A stretch of DNA of 64,000 nucleotides from Bacteroidota bacterium (GTDB taxonomy: Bacteria > Bacteroidota > Bacteroidia > UBA7662 > JAYUJN01), in contig JAYUJN010000054.1 of NCBI GenBank assembly GCA_043765195.1, positions 558 to 64,557 of the forward strand. The letters are read 5' to 3'. How positions within the stretch are numbered: position 1 is the first letter of the stretch; every line of letters begins with the position of its first letter. This document shows positions 26,070-35,994 of this stretch, piece after piece. Position numbers and translations under genes: made by a program. Under the pieces are notes generated by a model. It worked only from the letters and a program-made list of their open reading frames with translations, was not told the origin of the DNA and searched no databases.

Positions 26070-27374
26070 TTAGGCGAGCATCGTAACTGGTTCCTCGAGC
26101 ATTATTTTTAGGGTTTGTAAAAATGCCGCACCTACTGCGCCGTCTATCACACGGTGGTCGCAGCTTAGGGTAAGTTTCATTAGGTTTGCGGTGGTAATGC
26201 TGCCGTTTTTTACGATTGGTTTTTCTACAATTGCGCCTACGGCTAATATGCAAGCGTCGGGCGGATTGATGATGGCGGTAAATTCTTCGATGCCCATCAT
26301 ACCCAAATTAGATATGGTAAAGGTGTTGCCTTGCCAGTCGGTGGGTTGTAGTTTTTTGTCTTTGGCTTTGGCTGCAAATACTTTTACTTCGCTGGCGATG
26401 GCTGCTAGTCCTTTTTGGTTGGCATTTTGTATTACGGGTACAAAAAGTCCGTCGGGCACGGACATGGCTACGCCGATGTTTATGCTGTGGTTTTGGCGAA
26501 TGGCGTTGCCGAGCCAAGAGGAGTTTACGATTGGGTGTTTGGTTAGGGCAGATGCGCAGGCTTTTATCACCATGTCGTTGAAGGAGACTTTGGTGTCGGG
26601 CAGTAGGTTTATTTGTTTGCGTGTTTGCATGGCGTTGTCCATGTTTACTACTATGGTGAGGTAAAAGTGCGGTGCGCTGAATTTGCTTTCGCTTAGTCGT
26701 TTGGCTATTACTTGGCGCATTTGCGATACTGGCGTATCGGTGTAGCCGTGGCTTGGGGCGATTGGTATGGGAGCGGCGGCTGGCGGTGGGCTTTGGCTTA
26801 GGTTTGCGGTGTAGTTGTCTATGTCTTGTTTTATGATGCGCCCGCCGTCGCCGCTGCCTTTTATGGTGCTAAGCGTTTCGTGGCTAATGCCGTTGGTTTT
26901 GGCTATTGTTTTGGCTAAGGGCGATGCTTTTAGGCGGTCGGTTGTGGCGGCATCGGGCGTGGTGGCTACGGCGGCTGGTTGAGCGGGCGCAATGGGTTGG
27001 GCTATAACTGGTGCGGGCGTGGCGGCTGGTTGTGCGGGCGCAGCGAGTTGGGCTACGGCTGGCTCGGGCGTGGCTACTACGGCTGGTTGAGCGGGCGCAA
27101 TGGGTGCGAGCAGTGCCGAAAAATCTTCGCCAGCGTTGCCCACCACGGCTATCAGCCCGCCAAGCGGAATTACCTGGTCGTCAATCGTGCGCAGGTACAA
27201 AATAGTGCCTGGGTCTTCGCCCGTATATTCTATGCCCGTAGTGCCTTTATCGGCTTCCCCTTCGGCTATTTTATCGCCAAATGCTACTTTATCGCCAATT
27301 TTTACATTCCATTCCACCAATTTTCCACCGTCCATCGAGGGTGTCAAACTAGCCATCAGTATCGCTTGTGCCAT
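26070..27374 (-). CDS. 2-oxoacid dehydrogenase E2 (dihydrolipoamide acyltransferase)
   Basis: N-terminal lipoyl domain (EADKGT), Ala/Pro linker, E3-binding segment (ASPLAKTIA) and catalytic SCDHRVIDGA. Confidence 0.9.
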   Translation of the reverse strand: MAQAILMASLTPSMDGGKLVEWNVKIGDKVAFGDKIAEGEADKGTTGIEYTGEDPGTILYLRTIDDQVIPLGGLIAVVGNAGEDFSALLAPIAPAQPAVVATPEPAVAQLAAPAQPAATPAPVIAQPIAPAQPAAVATTPDAATTDRLKASPLAKTIAKTNGISHETLSTIKGSGDGGRIIKQDIDNYTANLSQSPPPAAAPIPIAPSHGYTDTPVSQMRQVIAKRLSESKFSAPHFYLTIVVNMDNAMQTRKQINLLPDTKVSFNDMVIKACASALTKHPIVNSSWLGNAIRQNHSINIGVAMSVPDGLFVPVIQNANQKGLAAIASEVKVFAAKAKDKKLQPTDWQGNTFTISNLGMMGIEEFTAIINPPDACILAVGAIVEKPIVKNGSITTANLMKLTLSCDHRVIDGAVGAAFLQTLKIMLEEPVTMLA

Positions 27375-27620
27375 TGTGTTATAATTTGTTTTTACAGATT
27401 TTTTGAGGGTTCAAATTAGGCTGCTAAGTTACTACCAAACTCTTAATTTATGGCAACTATTACATATTTTTTCGTTTTTTGTAGCCACTAATGCACATCT
27501 TTTTTTGTTTTTGTTCAAAATCTATGCACAACTCAATTTTGTAAACACATATCTTTGTATTCGTAAAATAATTTTGCGAAAAAATTGTTTACATAGTCAT
27601 AAAACTTATTACCTACAACG

Positions 27621-28112
27621 ATGATTTTTTTTAAAAGAGCCGTTTCTCCATTTATACTCGCCATTTTTTTAAGCCCGATGTGCGCATCTGCCCAAAAAAT
27701 AGCCACCCAAGGCACTTCCATAGATGCCGCATTTATAGAAGCAAAAAAACAAAAAAAACTGATATTGGTAGATTTTTTTACCGATTGGTGCCTCGTGTGC
27801 CACCGTATGCAAGAAGAAGTGATAGAGCAGCCCGAAATGCAGGCGTTTTTGAACCCCAAATTTGTATCCGTACACCTAAATGGCGATAATTTTGCGAGCA
27901 TGGACATAGCCGATGCCATAGGTGGCATAGATGCGTACCCAACCTACGTGGTGCTGAACGAAAAGGGAATGGTAGTGGGCAAAATGGTGGGCTACTACGC
28001 CCAAGAGCCACTTTTGAGCCAGCTTAGTACCTTTATATACCAAGACCAAGCCGTAAAAAAACGAGAATTAGCCCAAAAACAAGCTAATAAACCCAAGAAA
28101 AAGAAGGCATAA
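27621..28112 (+). CDS. Thioredoxin-fold protein (secreted, CxxC)
   Basis: Signal peptide, then LVDFFTDWCLVCHRM (CxxC). Confidence 0.7.
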   Translation: MIFFKRAVSPFILAIFLSPMCASAQKIATQGTSIDAAFIEAKKQKKLILVDFFTDWCLVCHRMQEEVIEQPEMQAFLNPKFVSVHLNGDNFASMDIADAIGGIDAYPTYVVLNEKGMVVGKMVGYYAQEPLLSQLSTFIYQDQAVKKRELAQKQANKPKKKKA

Positions 28113-29222
28113 ATGCGCAAAATCAACTTGCAAAGGCTGCGTTATTTGCTGGCTTTTTTGCTGCTAAATAGCACGGTAATTTTTGCCCAAACCAAGAAAC
28201 AAGTACGCTTTTTTCCCGCACCCTTCGTTTTTTACACACCCGAAACTCGTTTTGGCGGCGGCGTGGGTGCTACGCTTTTTTTTACAGCAAAAGAAAAACT
28301 ACACCCAAACGATACCATTACACGCCTTTCCAACCTCAATGTTTCGAGTTTGGTTACGCAAAACAAGCAATTTTTAGCAGATTTTATTTGGAACGCCTTT
28401 ACTTACCAAAATAAATATTACCACAGAGGCGTGGTGGATTTTGGCAAATATGTGGAGTATTTTTATGGCATCGGTCCGAACATTGACATCAACAAAGGCG
28501 AATTTTACGATTATAGCCGATTTTTTATCATAAACAGGTCGCTCAAAAAAATGAACGACTTTTGGTATTTGGGCGTTTACGGGCAGTTTTTCAAAACCTA
28601 CGGAATTGCCGCACGCATTCCCGATGGCATTTTAAACACGCTAAACCCAGTAGGCAAGGGCGGCAGCAGCGTTTTGGGCGTGGGCATCACGGCTTTTTAC
28701 GACAGCAGAGATAATCGCTTTTCGGCGACCAAGGGCAGCTTTTTTGATGTAATTTCGGCGACTTACCAGCCTTTTTTGGGCAGTACGCATTCATACAACT
28801 ACCTAAAAATAGACGCTCGCCATTTTGCGCACAGCAAAAATGCCAAAATCGTTTTTGCCAATCAGGTAGTAACCGAACTCAATTTTGGCAGCGTTCCCTT
28901 CAACCGATTAGCCAACATCGGCGGGCAGGAAATAGGCAGGGGCTACGTGCAGGGCGCATACAGGGACAAAGCGACGCTTCAAGCCCAAACCGAGCTGCGT
29001 TATTTGCTGTATAAAATTGTATATGGAGCTACTTTTGTGAGCAGCAGCAAGCTCTTTTCTGATGCAAATACCTTGCTCACCAACGATTTGAAATGGGCTT
29101 ACGGCGGCGGCGTAAGGGTAATGTTTAACAAACAAAGCCGCTTGTCGCTGCGCTTAGATGCTGCTTTTACGCCCGCCTCGAGCAAGCCACGCTTTTATTT
29201 GGGCATAAACGAAGCCTTTTAA
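28113..29222 (+). CDS. BamA/TamA-type outer-membrane beta-barrel (bacterial surface antigen domain only)
   Basis: Signal peptide. C-terminal beta-barrel ending ...RFYLGINEAF. The start abuts the upstream stop (TAAATG). Confidence 0.6.
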   Translation: MRKINLQRLRYLLAFLLLNSTVIFAQTKKQVRFFPAPFVFYTPETRFGGGVGATLFFTAKEKLHPNDTITRLSNLNVSSLVTQNKQFLADFIWNAFTYQNKYYHRGVVDFGKYVEYFYGIGPNIDINKGEFYDYSRFFIINRSLKKMNDFWYLGVYGQFFKTYGIAARIPDGILNTLNPVGKGGSSVLGVGITAFYDSRDNRFSATKGSFFDVISATYQPFLGSTHSYNYLKIDARHFAHSKNAKIVFANQVVTELNFGSVPFNRLANIGGQEIGRGYVQGAYRDKATLQAQTELRYLLYKIVYGATFVSSSKLFSDANTLLTNDLKWAYGGGVRVMFNKQSRLSLRLDAAFTPASSKPRFYLGINEAF

Positions 29223-29223
29223 G

Positions 29224-30066
29224 TTATTGCATGGCGGCTTCGTTGAGCATTTTTTGTATTTTGGAGGTTTCGGTTTTGTAAAACCGATGCTTTTCAAAAC
29301 CCATCGCCCAGCGCACGCCTAAGGTTGCGTTGGTCAAAAAAACCTCGTCCGCTTGCTCCATATCCGCTATTTTTAGGCTTTTTTCGGTGATTGTAAGGTT
29401 GTTTTTCTTGCAAATTTCCATGATTGCGCTGCGCATTACGCCCGCCACTGCACCGTCGTGGAGCGGCGGCGTAAAAATCTCTTTGTTTTTTACCATAAAA
29501 AAACTCGAGCTGATGCACTCCACAATGTGCTGGTTTTCGTTGAGCAAAACGCACTCGCCAAACTGGTTTTTTTGAGCATAAACGCCCGCCAGCACATAGT
29601 ACAGCGAATTACCGTTTTTAAATGCCGAAAAAGGCGTGTTTGGGCGCACAAAATCGGTGTAAGCACCCAAAAACAAGCCTTTCGGATTGAAAGCAAAGCC
29701 AGTTTCTGCCAGCGGCTCGCAGGTAATCAAAAAGCCCAAGGCGTTGGTGGTAGGCGTGTAGTTGCCAGCACCATCTCTATAAACGCTAAGGCGAATTTTG
29801 GCATCTTTTTTTTGCAATTTGTTGATAGACAACAAGTTATTTATCCTGCTTTCCAAAAAAATGCGGTCGAAGTACAGCGGTATTTCAAATTGCAGGGTGT
29901 TTAAAGCCGCAAAAAGCCGCTGGCAGTGCGGCACTAAAAACGGAATTTTGCCATTGATGCAGCGCATCGACTCGAATACCGCATCGCCATACCGAAAAGC
30001 TCGGTTGTGAATGGGTACAGCGGCTTTTTCTTCCAGTAAAAAATCTCCATTGAAATCGCAATACAT
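29224..30066 (-). CDS. Class IV aminotransferase (aminodeoxychorismate lyase or branched-chain type)
   Basis: NRAFRYGDAVFESMR...E.S.SSFF.V...I.TPP...G.V.GVMR. I prefer ATG 30066. ATG 30123 is an alternative. Confidence 0.75.
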   Translation of the reverse strand: MYCDFNGDFLLEEKAAVPIHNRAFRYGDAVFESMRCINGKIPFLVPHCQRLFAALNTLQFEIPLYFDRIFLESRINNLLSINKLQKKDAKIRLSVYRDGAGNYTPTTNALGFLITCEPLAETGFAFNPKGLFLGAYTDFVRPNTPFSAFKNGNSLYYVLAGVYAQKNQFGECVLLNENQHIVECISSSFFMVKNKEIFTPPLHDGAVAGVMRSAIMEICKKNNLTITEKSLKIADMEQADEVFLTNATLGVRWAMGFEKHRFYKTETSKIQKMLNEAAMQ

Positions 30067-30127
30067 TGTTTTGATAGGTTTGGTTGGGTTTGAAATAGGT
30101 TGTTTTCGGCTATAAACTGCCAAAAAA

Positions 30128-31051
30128 CTAAATTTTTTGGGCTACACGCAGCCGAGCCGAGCGTGAGCGTGGGTTTTGTAGCTGTTCTTCGGGGCTGGCT
30201 TCCAGTCGGGTTTTTATCAGTTTAAACGGTTTGATTTCATTGCCAAAAAAATCTTTTTCCATTTCGCCGTCCAAATTTCCGCTGCGCATAAAGTTTTTTG
30301 TAAGCCTGTCTTCCAGCGAGTGGTACGACATCATCACCAGCCGCCCGTCGGTTTTGAGTGCGGCGGGCGTTTGCTCCAAAAAGTTTTGCAGCACCCTAAG
30401 TTCATCGTTTATTTCGATGCGCAATGCCTGAAATAGCTTGGCAAAAAACTTGTTTTCCTTTTCCTTCCCAAAACAACTTTGCGTGGCATTTTGTAGGTCT
30501 TTGGTCGTAATTATGGGCGCATTTAGCCGTGCTATGCAAATGTGGTGCGCCACTTTGTGGGCATTGTCTATTTCGCCGTAGGCTCTAAAAATGTATTTTA
30601 GCTCCGCCTCCGTATAAGTATTCACGATGTTTTGCGCCGTTTGCTCTTGCGTGGTATCCATGCGCATATCCAGCGGCGCATCAAATCGGAACGAAAAACC
30701 ACGGTTTGGCACATCGAGTTGGTGGGAAGAAACGCCCAAATCAGCCAAAATGCCATCTACAAGCCCAAGTTTGTGCAGGCGCACGTGGGTTTTGAAGTTC
30801 TCAAAATTATCCGCCACAAAAATAAGGCGTTTGTCCAACGGCACATTTCGCTGGGCATCGAGGTCTTGGTCAAAAGCCAAAAGCCTGCCTTTTTCGCCCA
30901 ATTGCGCCAAAATGGCTCGGCTATGCCCGCCGCCGCCGAAAGTTGCATCTATATATACGCCGTCTGGTTTTATGTTTAATGCCTCCAAGCATTCGGCGAG
31001 CATTACTGGCTGGTGGTACTGTTTGGGCGTTTCATTTTGTGTTGTATCCAT
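30128..31051 (-). CDS. rsmH: 16S rRNA (cytosine1402-N4)-methyltransferase
   Basis: HQPVMLAECLEAL...DATFGGGGHSRAIL...DLGVSSHQLD...SYHSLEDR. Confidence 0.95.
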   Translation of the reverse strand: MDTTQNETPKQYHQPVMLAECLEALNIKPDGVYIDATFGGGGHSRAILAQLGEKGRLLAFDQDLDAQRNVPLDKRLIFVADNFENFKTHVRLHKLGLVDGILADLGVSSHQLDVPNRGFSFRFDAPLDMRMDTTQEQTAQNIVNTYTEAELKYIFRAYGEIDNAHKVAHHICIARLNAPIITTKDLQNATQSCFGKEKENKFFAKLFQALRIEINDELRVLQNFLEQTPAALKTDGRLVMMSYHSLEDRLTKNFMRSGNLDGEMEKDFFGNEIKPFKLIKTRLEASPEEQLQNPRSRSARLRVAQKI

Positions 31052-31083
31052 TGTGCAAAATTAACCCTATTTTTTGACTTATT

Positions 31084-31683
31084 TTAGTACAACATTCCAC
31101 ATTTTATAAGGTCGTTTTCGGTGTCTATGTCCGACAAAATGGGCAGTAAATGGTAGGTTTTATCCAGCATTTTTAGGTCGTTTATCGTATCTTCAAAAAC
31201 GGTTTGGGTACTCCATTTTTTGTGTTCAAATACTTGTTTTACAATGCCTTTTGTACCCAAAAAATAATAACCGCCGTCTTCTGCACCGCCGATGCACGCA
31301 TCGTTTTGGGCTAAGGAAGCCATGCCCTCCGCCAAAATTTGAGGCGTAAGCTGCACGCAGTCGCAGCCCACAATGCCAATGTGCTGGTAGCCCGCCGCCG
31401 CCGCCCACTCAAAAGCGTGGCGCATTCGCTCGCCCAAATCGGGGCTTTGTAGCTGCACTTGTTTTTGGTAGTGTGCGCCGTGCCAAAGGTCGTTGTGGTC
31501 TATAAAATTGCCGTAAAAAACCACTTTGTCCGCCTCCAAACCTGCGGTAATGCGCTGCGTGTGCGCCACCAACTGCTGATACACCGCAAGCGCACGGGCA
31601 TCGCCGATGGTCGCCGCCAAGCGGGTTTTTACGCTGCCCAGCTCGGGGTTTTTGGTAAAAATAATGAGTATTTTTTTATTCAT
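31084..31683 (-). CDS. DUF2064 family glycosyltransferase-like protein (TIGR04282-like, from memory)
   Basis: ILIIFTKNPELGSVKTRLA...A..VY..L is the typical DUF2064 N-terminus. 199 aa. Confidence 0.65.
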   Translation of the reverse strand: MNKKILIIFTKNPELGSVKTRLAATIGDARALAVYQQLVAHTQRITAGLEADKVVFYGNFIDHNDLWHGAHYQKQVQLQSPDLGERMRHAFEWAAAAGYQHIGIVGCDCVQLTPQILAEGMASLAQNDACIGGAEDGGYYFLGTKGIVKQVFEHKKWSTQTVFEDTINDLKMLDKTYHLLPILSDIDTENDLIKCGMLY

Positions 31684-31828
31684 TTTAAGCCATTTTTTTG
31701 TGGCTCAAAGATAGCAATGAGCAACCAAACAAAGATAAATACCCACCAAATAAATATTATTGTATTTTGTACAATAATTGCACGGTTTTTGTGTTTGTAT
31801 AAAACCAAACCCTTTAAACAACAAAACA

Positions 31829-32017
31829 ATGTTTGAATTTGCAAAACAAATATTGACCAAAGTTTCTTTTGACAGCACATTGTTCGAAAAAGAACTTTCC
31901 AAAGCCATCAGATACGTACAAGCCACCGAGCGACCCCTGTTGCAAGCCTGGTGCTTGGTTACATTTGTGCAGTACCACGATGTGATTTTACAAATATTTA
32001 AAGAAACCAGTTTTTGA
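31829..32017 (+). CDS. Hypothetical 62-aa protein
   Basis: ORF only. I moved the start to ATG 31829. It sits upstream of the 32075 gene on the same strand. Confidence 0.3.
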   Translation: MFEFAKQILTKVSFDSTLFEKELSKAIRYVQATERPLLQAWCLVTFVQYHDVILQIFKETSF

Positions 32018-32074
32018 ACTAATTTTAAGTTTCTGTGGTTTCTTTTTTAACGATACTTATTTATAAATAAAACC

Positions 32075-33484
32075 ATGCTTGCCAAATTATATTATTTGGG
32101 TGTTTTTTTGTGCGCCACGCTCATTGTTTGGAGTGTAAACTCTTGTACAGAAACGGTTTACGTGCCAAATTCTGGGGTAAAACTGCAGTTTTCGAACGAT
32201 AGTATCTTGTTCGATACCGTTTTTGTAACCACGGGCAGCATCACAAAACGGGTAAAGGTATTTAACAATACAAACCTGAACATTGTGATAAAAGATATTT
32301 TTTTGGGGGGAAGGCGTTTTGCCCAAAAATCGGCGTATCGGCTGAATATCAATGGCTTGGCTACCAACGAAATAAAAGATTTTGAGCTGGCTGCCAAGGA
32401 TAGTATGTACATTTTTGCGGAGGTAAAAATAAACCCCAACCAAGCCGACCTTCCTTTTTTGGTGTCGGATAGCATACTCATAGACGTGGGCGGTGCTGCG
32501 CTGCAAAAAATTTATTTAGATGCCTACGGGCGCAACGCAAATTTTTTTAATAAGCAAGTTTTGCCCTGCAACACCACAATTACAAGCGACAAGCCCACTG
32601 TTTTTCTCGACAGCGTGCTTGTGCCTCGGGGCTGTACCTTGCGCATAAATGCGGGCGCAAAGCTGTTTTTTCATGCCAAAGCATCGCTGCTGGTGCAAGG
32701 TACTTTGGAGATATTAGGCACCGAAAATGCCTCGGTTAGCATGAAAAACGACCGCTTAGACCCGCCCTACGACTACATTCCTGGCTCGTGGGCGGGCATT
32801 CATTTACTTAGCAGCAGCCAAAACAATGTCATAAATTTTGCGCAAATAAACAACGCCATCGTTGGTGTGCGCACCGATAGTTTGTCCGTGAACGCAAGCC
32901 CAAAACTGAGCATAAACAACAGCGTGGTAGAAAATTCTTTGGCGTATGGCTTGCTTGCTTTTAGTGGCAGCATTGCCGCCCAAAACCTACTTGTGGCGGA
33001 TAGCCGTCAGGGTAGTTTTGGGGCTGCGCTGGGCGGCAGCTACCAGTTTAGGCATTGCACTTTTGTGAGCGACAAGGGGCATCAGCAGCCTGCTTTTTAT
33101 GCCAACAATGCCGATTTTGAAGATGGACAAGGAGGCAGAACGCCCAATCCTTTGGCGGTTTTGCTTGTTAATTGCTTGATAGTAAGTTCGTTGGAAGACA
33201 ACTATGTAGTAGAAAACGTGGGTGCAGCACCCATAAGCCAAGAGGTTCGTTACACCATTGTAAAGCAGCAACGCACCACGGGTTTGCCCACCACCAACAA
33301 TTTTTATAATTTGAGCGTGAAGTTTGTGAAGCCAAATATTGGCGATTTTCGCCCAGATAGTGCCAGCACAGCCTGCGGCAAAGCCACCGATTTGAGCATT
33401 CAGTTTCCGTTGCTCAAAAAAGATTTGGCTGGAAAAATGCGCTCTGGCACGCCCACACCTGGCTGTTTTGAGTGCAGAAATTAG
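32075..33484 (+). CDS. Hypothetical lipoprotein/secreted protein (possible beta-helix)
   Basis: N-terminal hydrophobic segment ending VNSC. Repetitive N/S/V-rich strands. No catalytic motif recognised. Confidence 0.5.
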   Translation: MLAKLYYLGVFLCATLIVWSVNSCTETVYVPNSGVKLQFSNDSILFDTVFVTTGSITKRVKVFNNTNLNIVIKDIFLGGRRFAQKSAYRLNINGLATNEIKDFELAAKDSMYIFAEVKINPNQADLPFLVSDSILIDVGGAALQKIYLDAYGRNANFFNKQVLPCNTTITSDKPTVFLDSVLVPRGCTLRINAGAKLFFHAKASLLVQGTLEILGTENASVSMKNDRLDPPYDYIPGSWAGIHLLSSSQNNVINFAQINNAIVGVRTDSLSVNASPKLSINNSVVENSLAYGLLAFSGSIAAQNLLVADSRQGSFGAALGGSYQFRHCTFVSDKGHQQPAFYANNADFEDGQGGRTPNPLAVLLVNCLIVSSLEDNYVVENVGAAPISQEVRYTIVKQQRTTGLPTTNNFYNLSVKFVKPNIGDFRPDSASTACGKATDLSIQFPLLKKDLAGKMRSGTPTPGCFECRN

Positions 33485-34335
33485 GCGTTTTGTATGGCAT
33501 TTACTATTTTTATCGCTTCCACGGCGGGCGCTACGTCGTGTACCCTCAAAATGTTTGCACCATTGAGCAGCGCAAAAGTATGTAGGGCAGTGCTGCCGTT
33601 CAGGGCTTGGTCGGCGGTGGTTTCCAGCAGCTTATATACCATAGATTTGCGTGAAACTCCAACCAAAATCGGGTTTTTGAACAGGGTTTTAAAGTTCGGT
33701 AGGTTTTTTATTAAGTCATAATTTTGCGCCAAATTTTTGCCAAAACCAAAGCCTAAGTCGATGATAATGTCTTTTGCGCCGAGTTTTTCGAGTATAAAAA
33801 TCCTTTTTTGCAGGTAACTTACCACTTCAAAAATGAGGTCGTCGTAGTCCGTGTTTTGCTGCATGGTTTGCGGCGTGCCTCTTATGTGCGTCAAAATATA
33901 AGGCACGCCGAGCTCGGCTATGGTAGAAAACATGAGGTCGTCGAGCGTGCCGCCGCCCACGTCGTTTACGAGGGTAGCGCCCGCTTCCACGGCTTGGGTT
34001 GCCACTTCGGCTCGGTAGGTATCTATGCTAATGGAGGCTTGCGGAAAGGCTTTTTTCAGGGCTTTTATGGGGGCTATCACCCTGTTTAATTCTTCTTTGA
34101 GGCTCACTGCTGCGGCGTTTGGTCGGGTGGAGCAGCCGCCCACGTCCAAAAAAGTTGCGCCTTCGTCCAGCATTTTTTCTGCCATTTTTAGCACAGATGC
34201 CACGCTTTGGCTGCGGCTTTGCTCAAAAAACGAGTCGGGCGTAGCGTTTATAATGCCCATTATTTTGGGCGTGGATACATCTATGAGCGTACCGCCGCAG
34301 TTTATGGTTGTTTGCAATGCCATTTTAGTTATCAT
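33481..34335 (-). CDS. folP: Dihydropteroate synthase
   Basis: IMGIINATPDSFF...GATFLDVGGCSTRP...ISIDT...VNDV...DLGFGFGK. Confidence 0.95.
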   Translation of the reverse strand: MITKMALQTTINCGGTLIDVSTPKIMGIINATPDSFFEQSRSQSVASVLKMAEKMLDEGATFLDVGGCSTRPNAAAVSLKEELNRVIAPIKALKKAFPQASISIDTYRAEVATQAVEAGATLVNDVGGGTLDDLMFSTIAELGVPYILTHIRGTPQTMQQNTDYDDLIFEVVSYLQKRIFILEKLGAKDIIIDLGFGFGKNLAQNYDLIKNLPNFKTLFKNPILVGVSRKSMVYKLLETTADQALNGSTALHTFALLNGANILRVHDVAPAVEAIKIVNAIQNA

Positions 34336-34477
34336 TTACAACCACAAAATTATCAAAATTTTAGCTAAAATGCTACTCGTTGTGTGAAATTATGTATTAA
34401 ATTTGAAAAATATGTAATTAGGTGCAACCTTTTTATACTAAATTGGGTCTCATTTAAACAACCTAAAACTACAAAAC

Positions 34478-34945
34478 ATGGAAAGAAAACTTATGCGCAC
34501 CAAAAACAACCAAATGATAGGTGGCGTATGCACAGGATTAGCCGAGTATTTCAACACCGACGTTACGCTGGTAAGGGCGGGCTTCTTATTGGCATTTTTC
34601 GGCGCAGGATTTGGCTTTTTAATCTACCTCATTTTATGGGTTATTTTACCCGAAAACCCCAACAATTTTAACACCGCTAACACAATGAACAACGAAAATC
34701 AAAACCAATTCGATGCCAAATTTGATGAAAACCTATCGCCAGGAACTGATGGCTTTCGTCCCTACGAAAACCAGCCCTCCCAACGCCAAAGCAGTGCCAT
34801 CGGCGGGTATATTTTGGTTGGTTTAGGCGTTCTTTTCCTCATCAATAATTTTACGGACATACATTTTGACAAATTATGGCCCATAATTCTCATCGTTGTC
34901 GGTGCATACATTTTACTAAAACAAAGAGATACCCAGAGCAAATGA
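34478..34945 (+). CDS. PspC domain-containing membrane protein
   Basis: MIGGVCTGLAEYFNTDVTLVRAGFLLAFFGAGFGFLIYLILWVILP. Confidence 0.85.
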   Translation: MERKLMRTKNNQMIGGVCTGLAEYFNTDVTLVRAGFLLAFFGAGFGFLIYLILWVILPENPNNFNTANTMNNENQNQFDAKFDENLSPGTDGFRPYENQPSQRQSSAIGGYILVGLGVLFLINNFTDIHFDKLWPIILIVVGAYILLKQRDTQSK

Positions 34946-35922
34946 AAAATAGTAACTTAATTTGGGGCGTTTTATTGCTCATTGTAGGTGGTATATTGCT
35001 GCTTTACAACTTCAATGTGCTGGATTTAGATTTCAGTTTCCGAGCCATTACCAAGCTCTGGCCCCTTTGGCTTATCTACGGCGGATTGTCGGTATTGCTT
35101 AGTAAAAATGCAAAATATTACAATTTGCTCGGTGTTTTTGGGCTGGTTTTAATCGGATTTGTGCTTTTGGTAGGGTTTAAACCCGAGATAGTAGGCATTA
35201 CGCCGCACAAAAGTTTTAGCGATTCTTGGAACTTTGATACCGATGGCGACAACAACAATTTGAACTCGGGCGAAGAAAACAGCCGAAGCGAAACAACCAA
35301 AACCTTTGAATTTTCGGAGAAATGCAGTCCATCTGTAAAAAATGCCGAGTTCAACATAAAAGTAGGCTTGGGCGAGTTTGAGGTTACCGATGGCACTACA
35401 AACTTGGCTGATGTAAATGCCAAAACCGACCTGACGGGCTATGAATTTTCGCCAAAATACAATGCCGATAATTCTTCTGCCACCGTGAACTTAACCGCCA
35501 AAGACGGAAAAGTGGAGGGTTTTGACAACCTGACCAACGAAGTAAAAACCAAGCTCAGTACCGTGCCTGTTTGGGTTATAAATGCCGACATGGGCGTGTG
35601 CGAAACCAAATTTAATTTGAGCAAGCACAAGGTAGAAAAATTTAGTTTGAAGGCGGGCGTATCCGACGTGGATATAAAATTTGGGGATTTGATGCCACGT
35701 TTGGACGCTGAGGTGGAAGTGGGTGCTTCGTCGGTAACGGTTAAAGTACCGAAAACGGTTGGTTGCCAAATCGTAGCCAAAACGGGCATTTCAAACAAAG
35801 ATTTTGATGGTTTTGTGAAAAACGGCGACGTATATACCACGCCCAACTTTGCCACAAGCGACAAAAAAATCTATTTAAGTTTAAAAAGCGGAGTTTCTAA
35901 CCTTGAAGTACAGCTTTATTGA
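34942..35922 (+). CDS. LiaF-like / toastrack-type membrane protein
   Basis: I moved the start to ATG 34942 (ATGA overlap with the PspC gene). 3-4 N-terminal TM segments, then a repetitive beta-strand C-terminal domain. Confidence 0.5.
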   Translation: MKNSNLIWGVLLLIVGGILLLYNFNVLDLDFSFRAITKLWPLWLIYGGLSVLLSKNAKYYNLLGVFGLVLIGFVLLVGFKPEIVGITPHKSFSDSWNFDTDGDNNNLNSGEENSRSETTKTFEFSEKCSPSVKNAEFNIKVGLGEFEVTDGTTNLADVNAKTDLTGYEFSPKYNADNSSATVNLTAKDGKVEGFDNLTNEVKTKLSTVPVWVINADMGVCETKFNLSKHKVEKFSLKAGVSDVDIKFGDLMPRLDAEVEVGASSVTVKVPKTVGCQIVAKTGISNKDFDGFVKNGDVYTTPNFATSDKKIYLSLKSGVSNLEVQLY

Positions 35923-35945
35923 TACAAAAGGTTAAAAATTGGTGT

Positions 35946-35985
35946 AACGCCGTTTGCGAGCAGTCGCAAGCGGCGTTTTTATTTT
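35946..35985 (+). terminator. Intrinsic terminator after the PspC/LiaF-like pair
   Basis: AACGCCGTTTGCGA GCAG TCGCAAGCGGCGTT followed by TTTTATTTT. Confidence 0.75.
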
Positions 35986-35994
35986 ACCAAAGTG

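Noticed and set aside
26960-27110. DNA-level repeats (GGCTGGTTGAGCGGGCGCAATGGGT twice) inside the E2 gene.
   Set aside because: They encode the Ala/Pro-rich flexible linker (PIAPAQPA repeats) that is normal for 2-oxoacid dehydrogenase E2 proteins.
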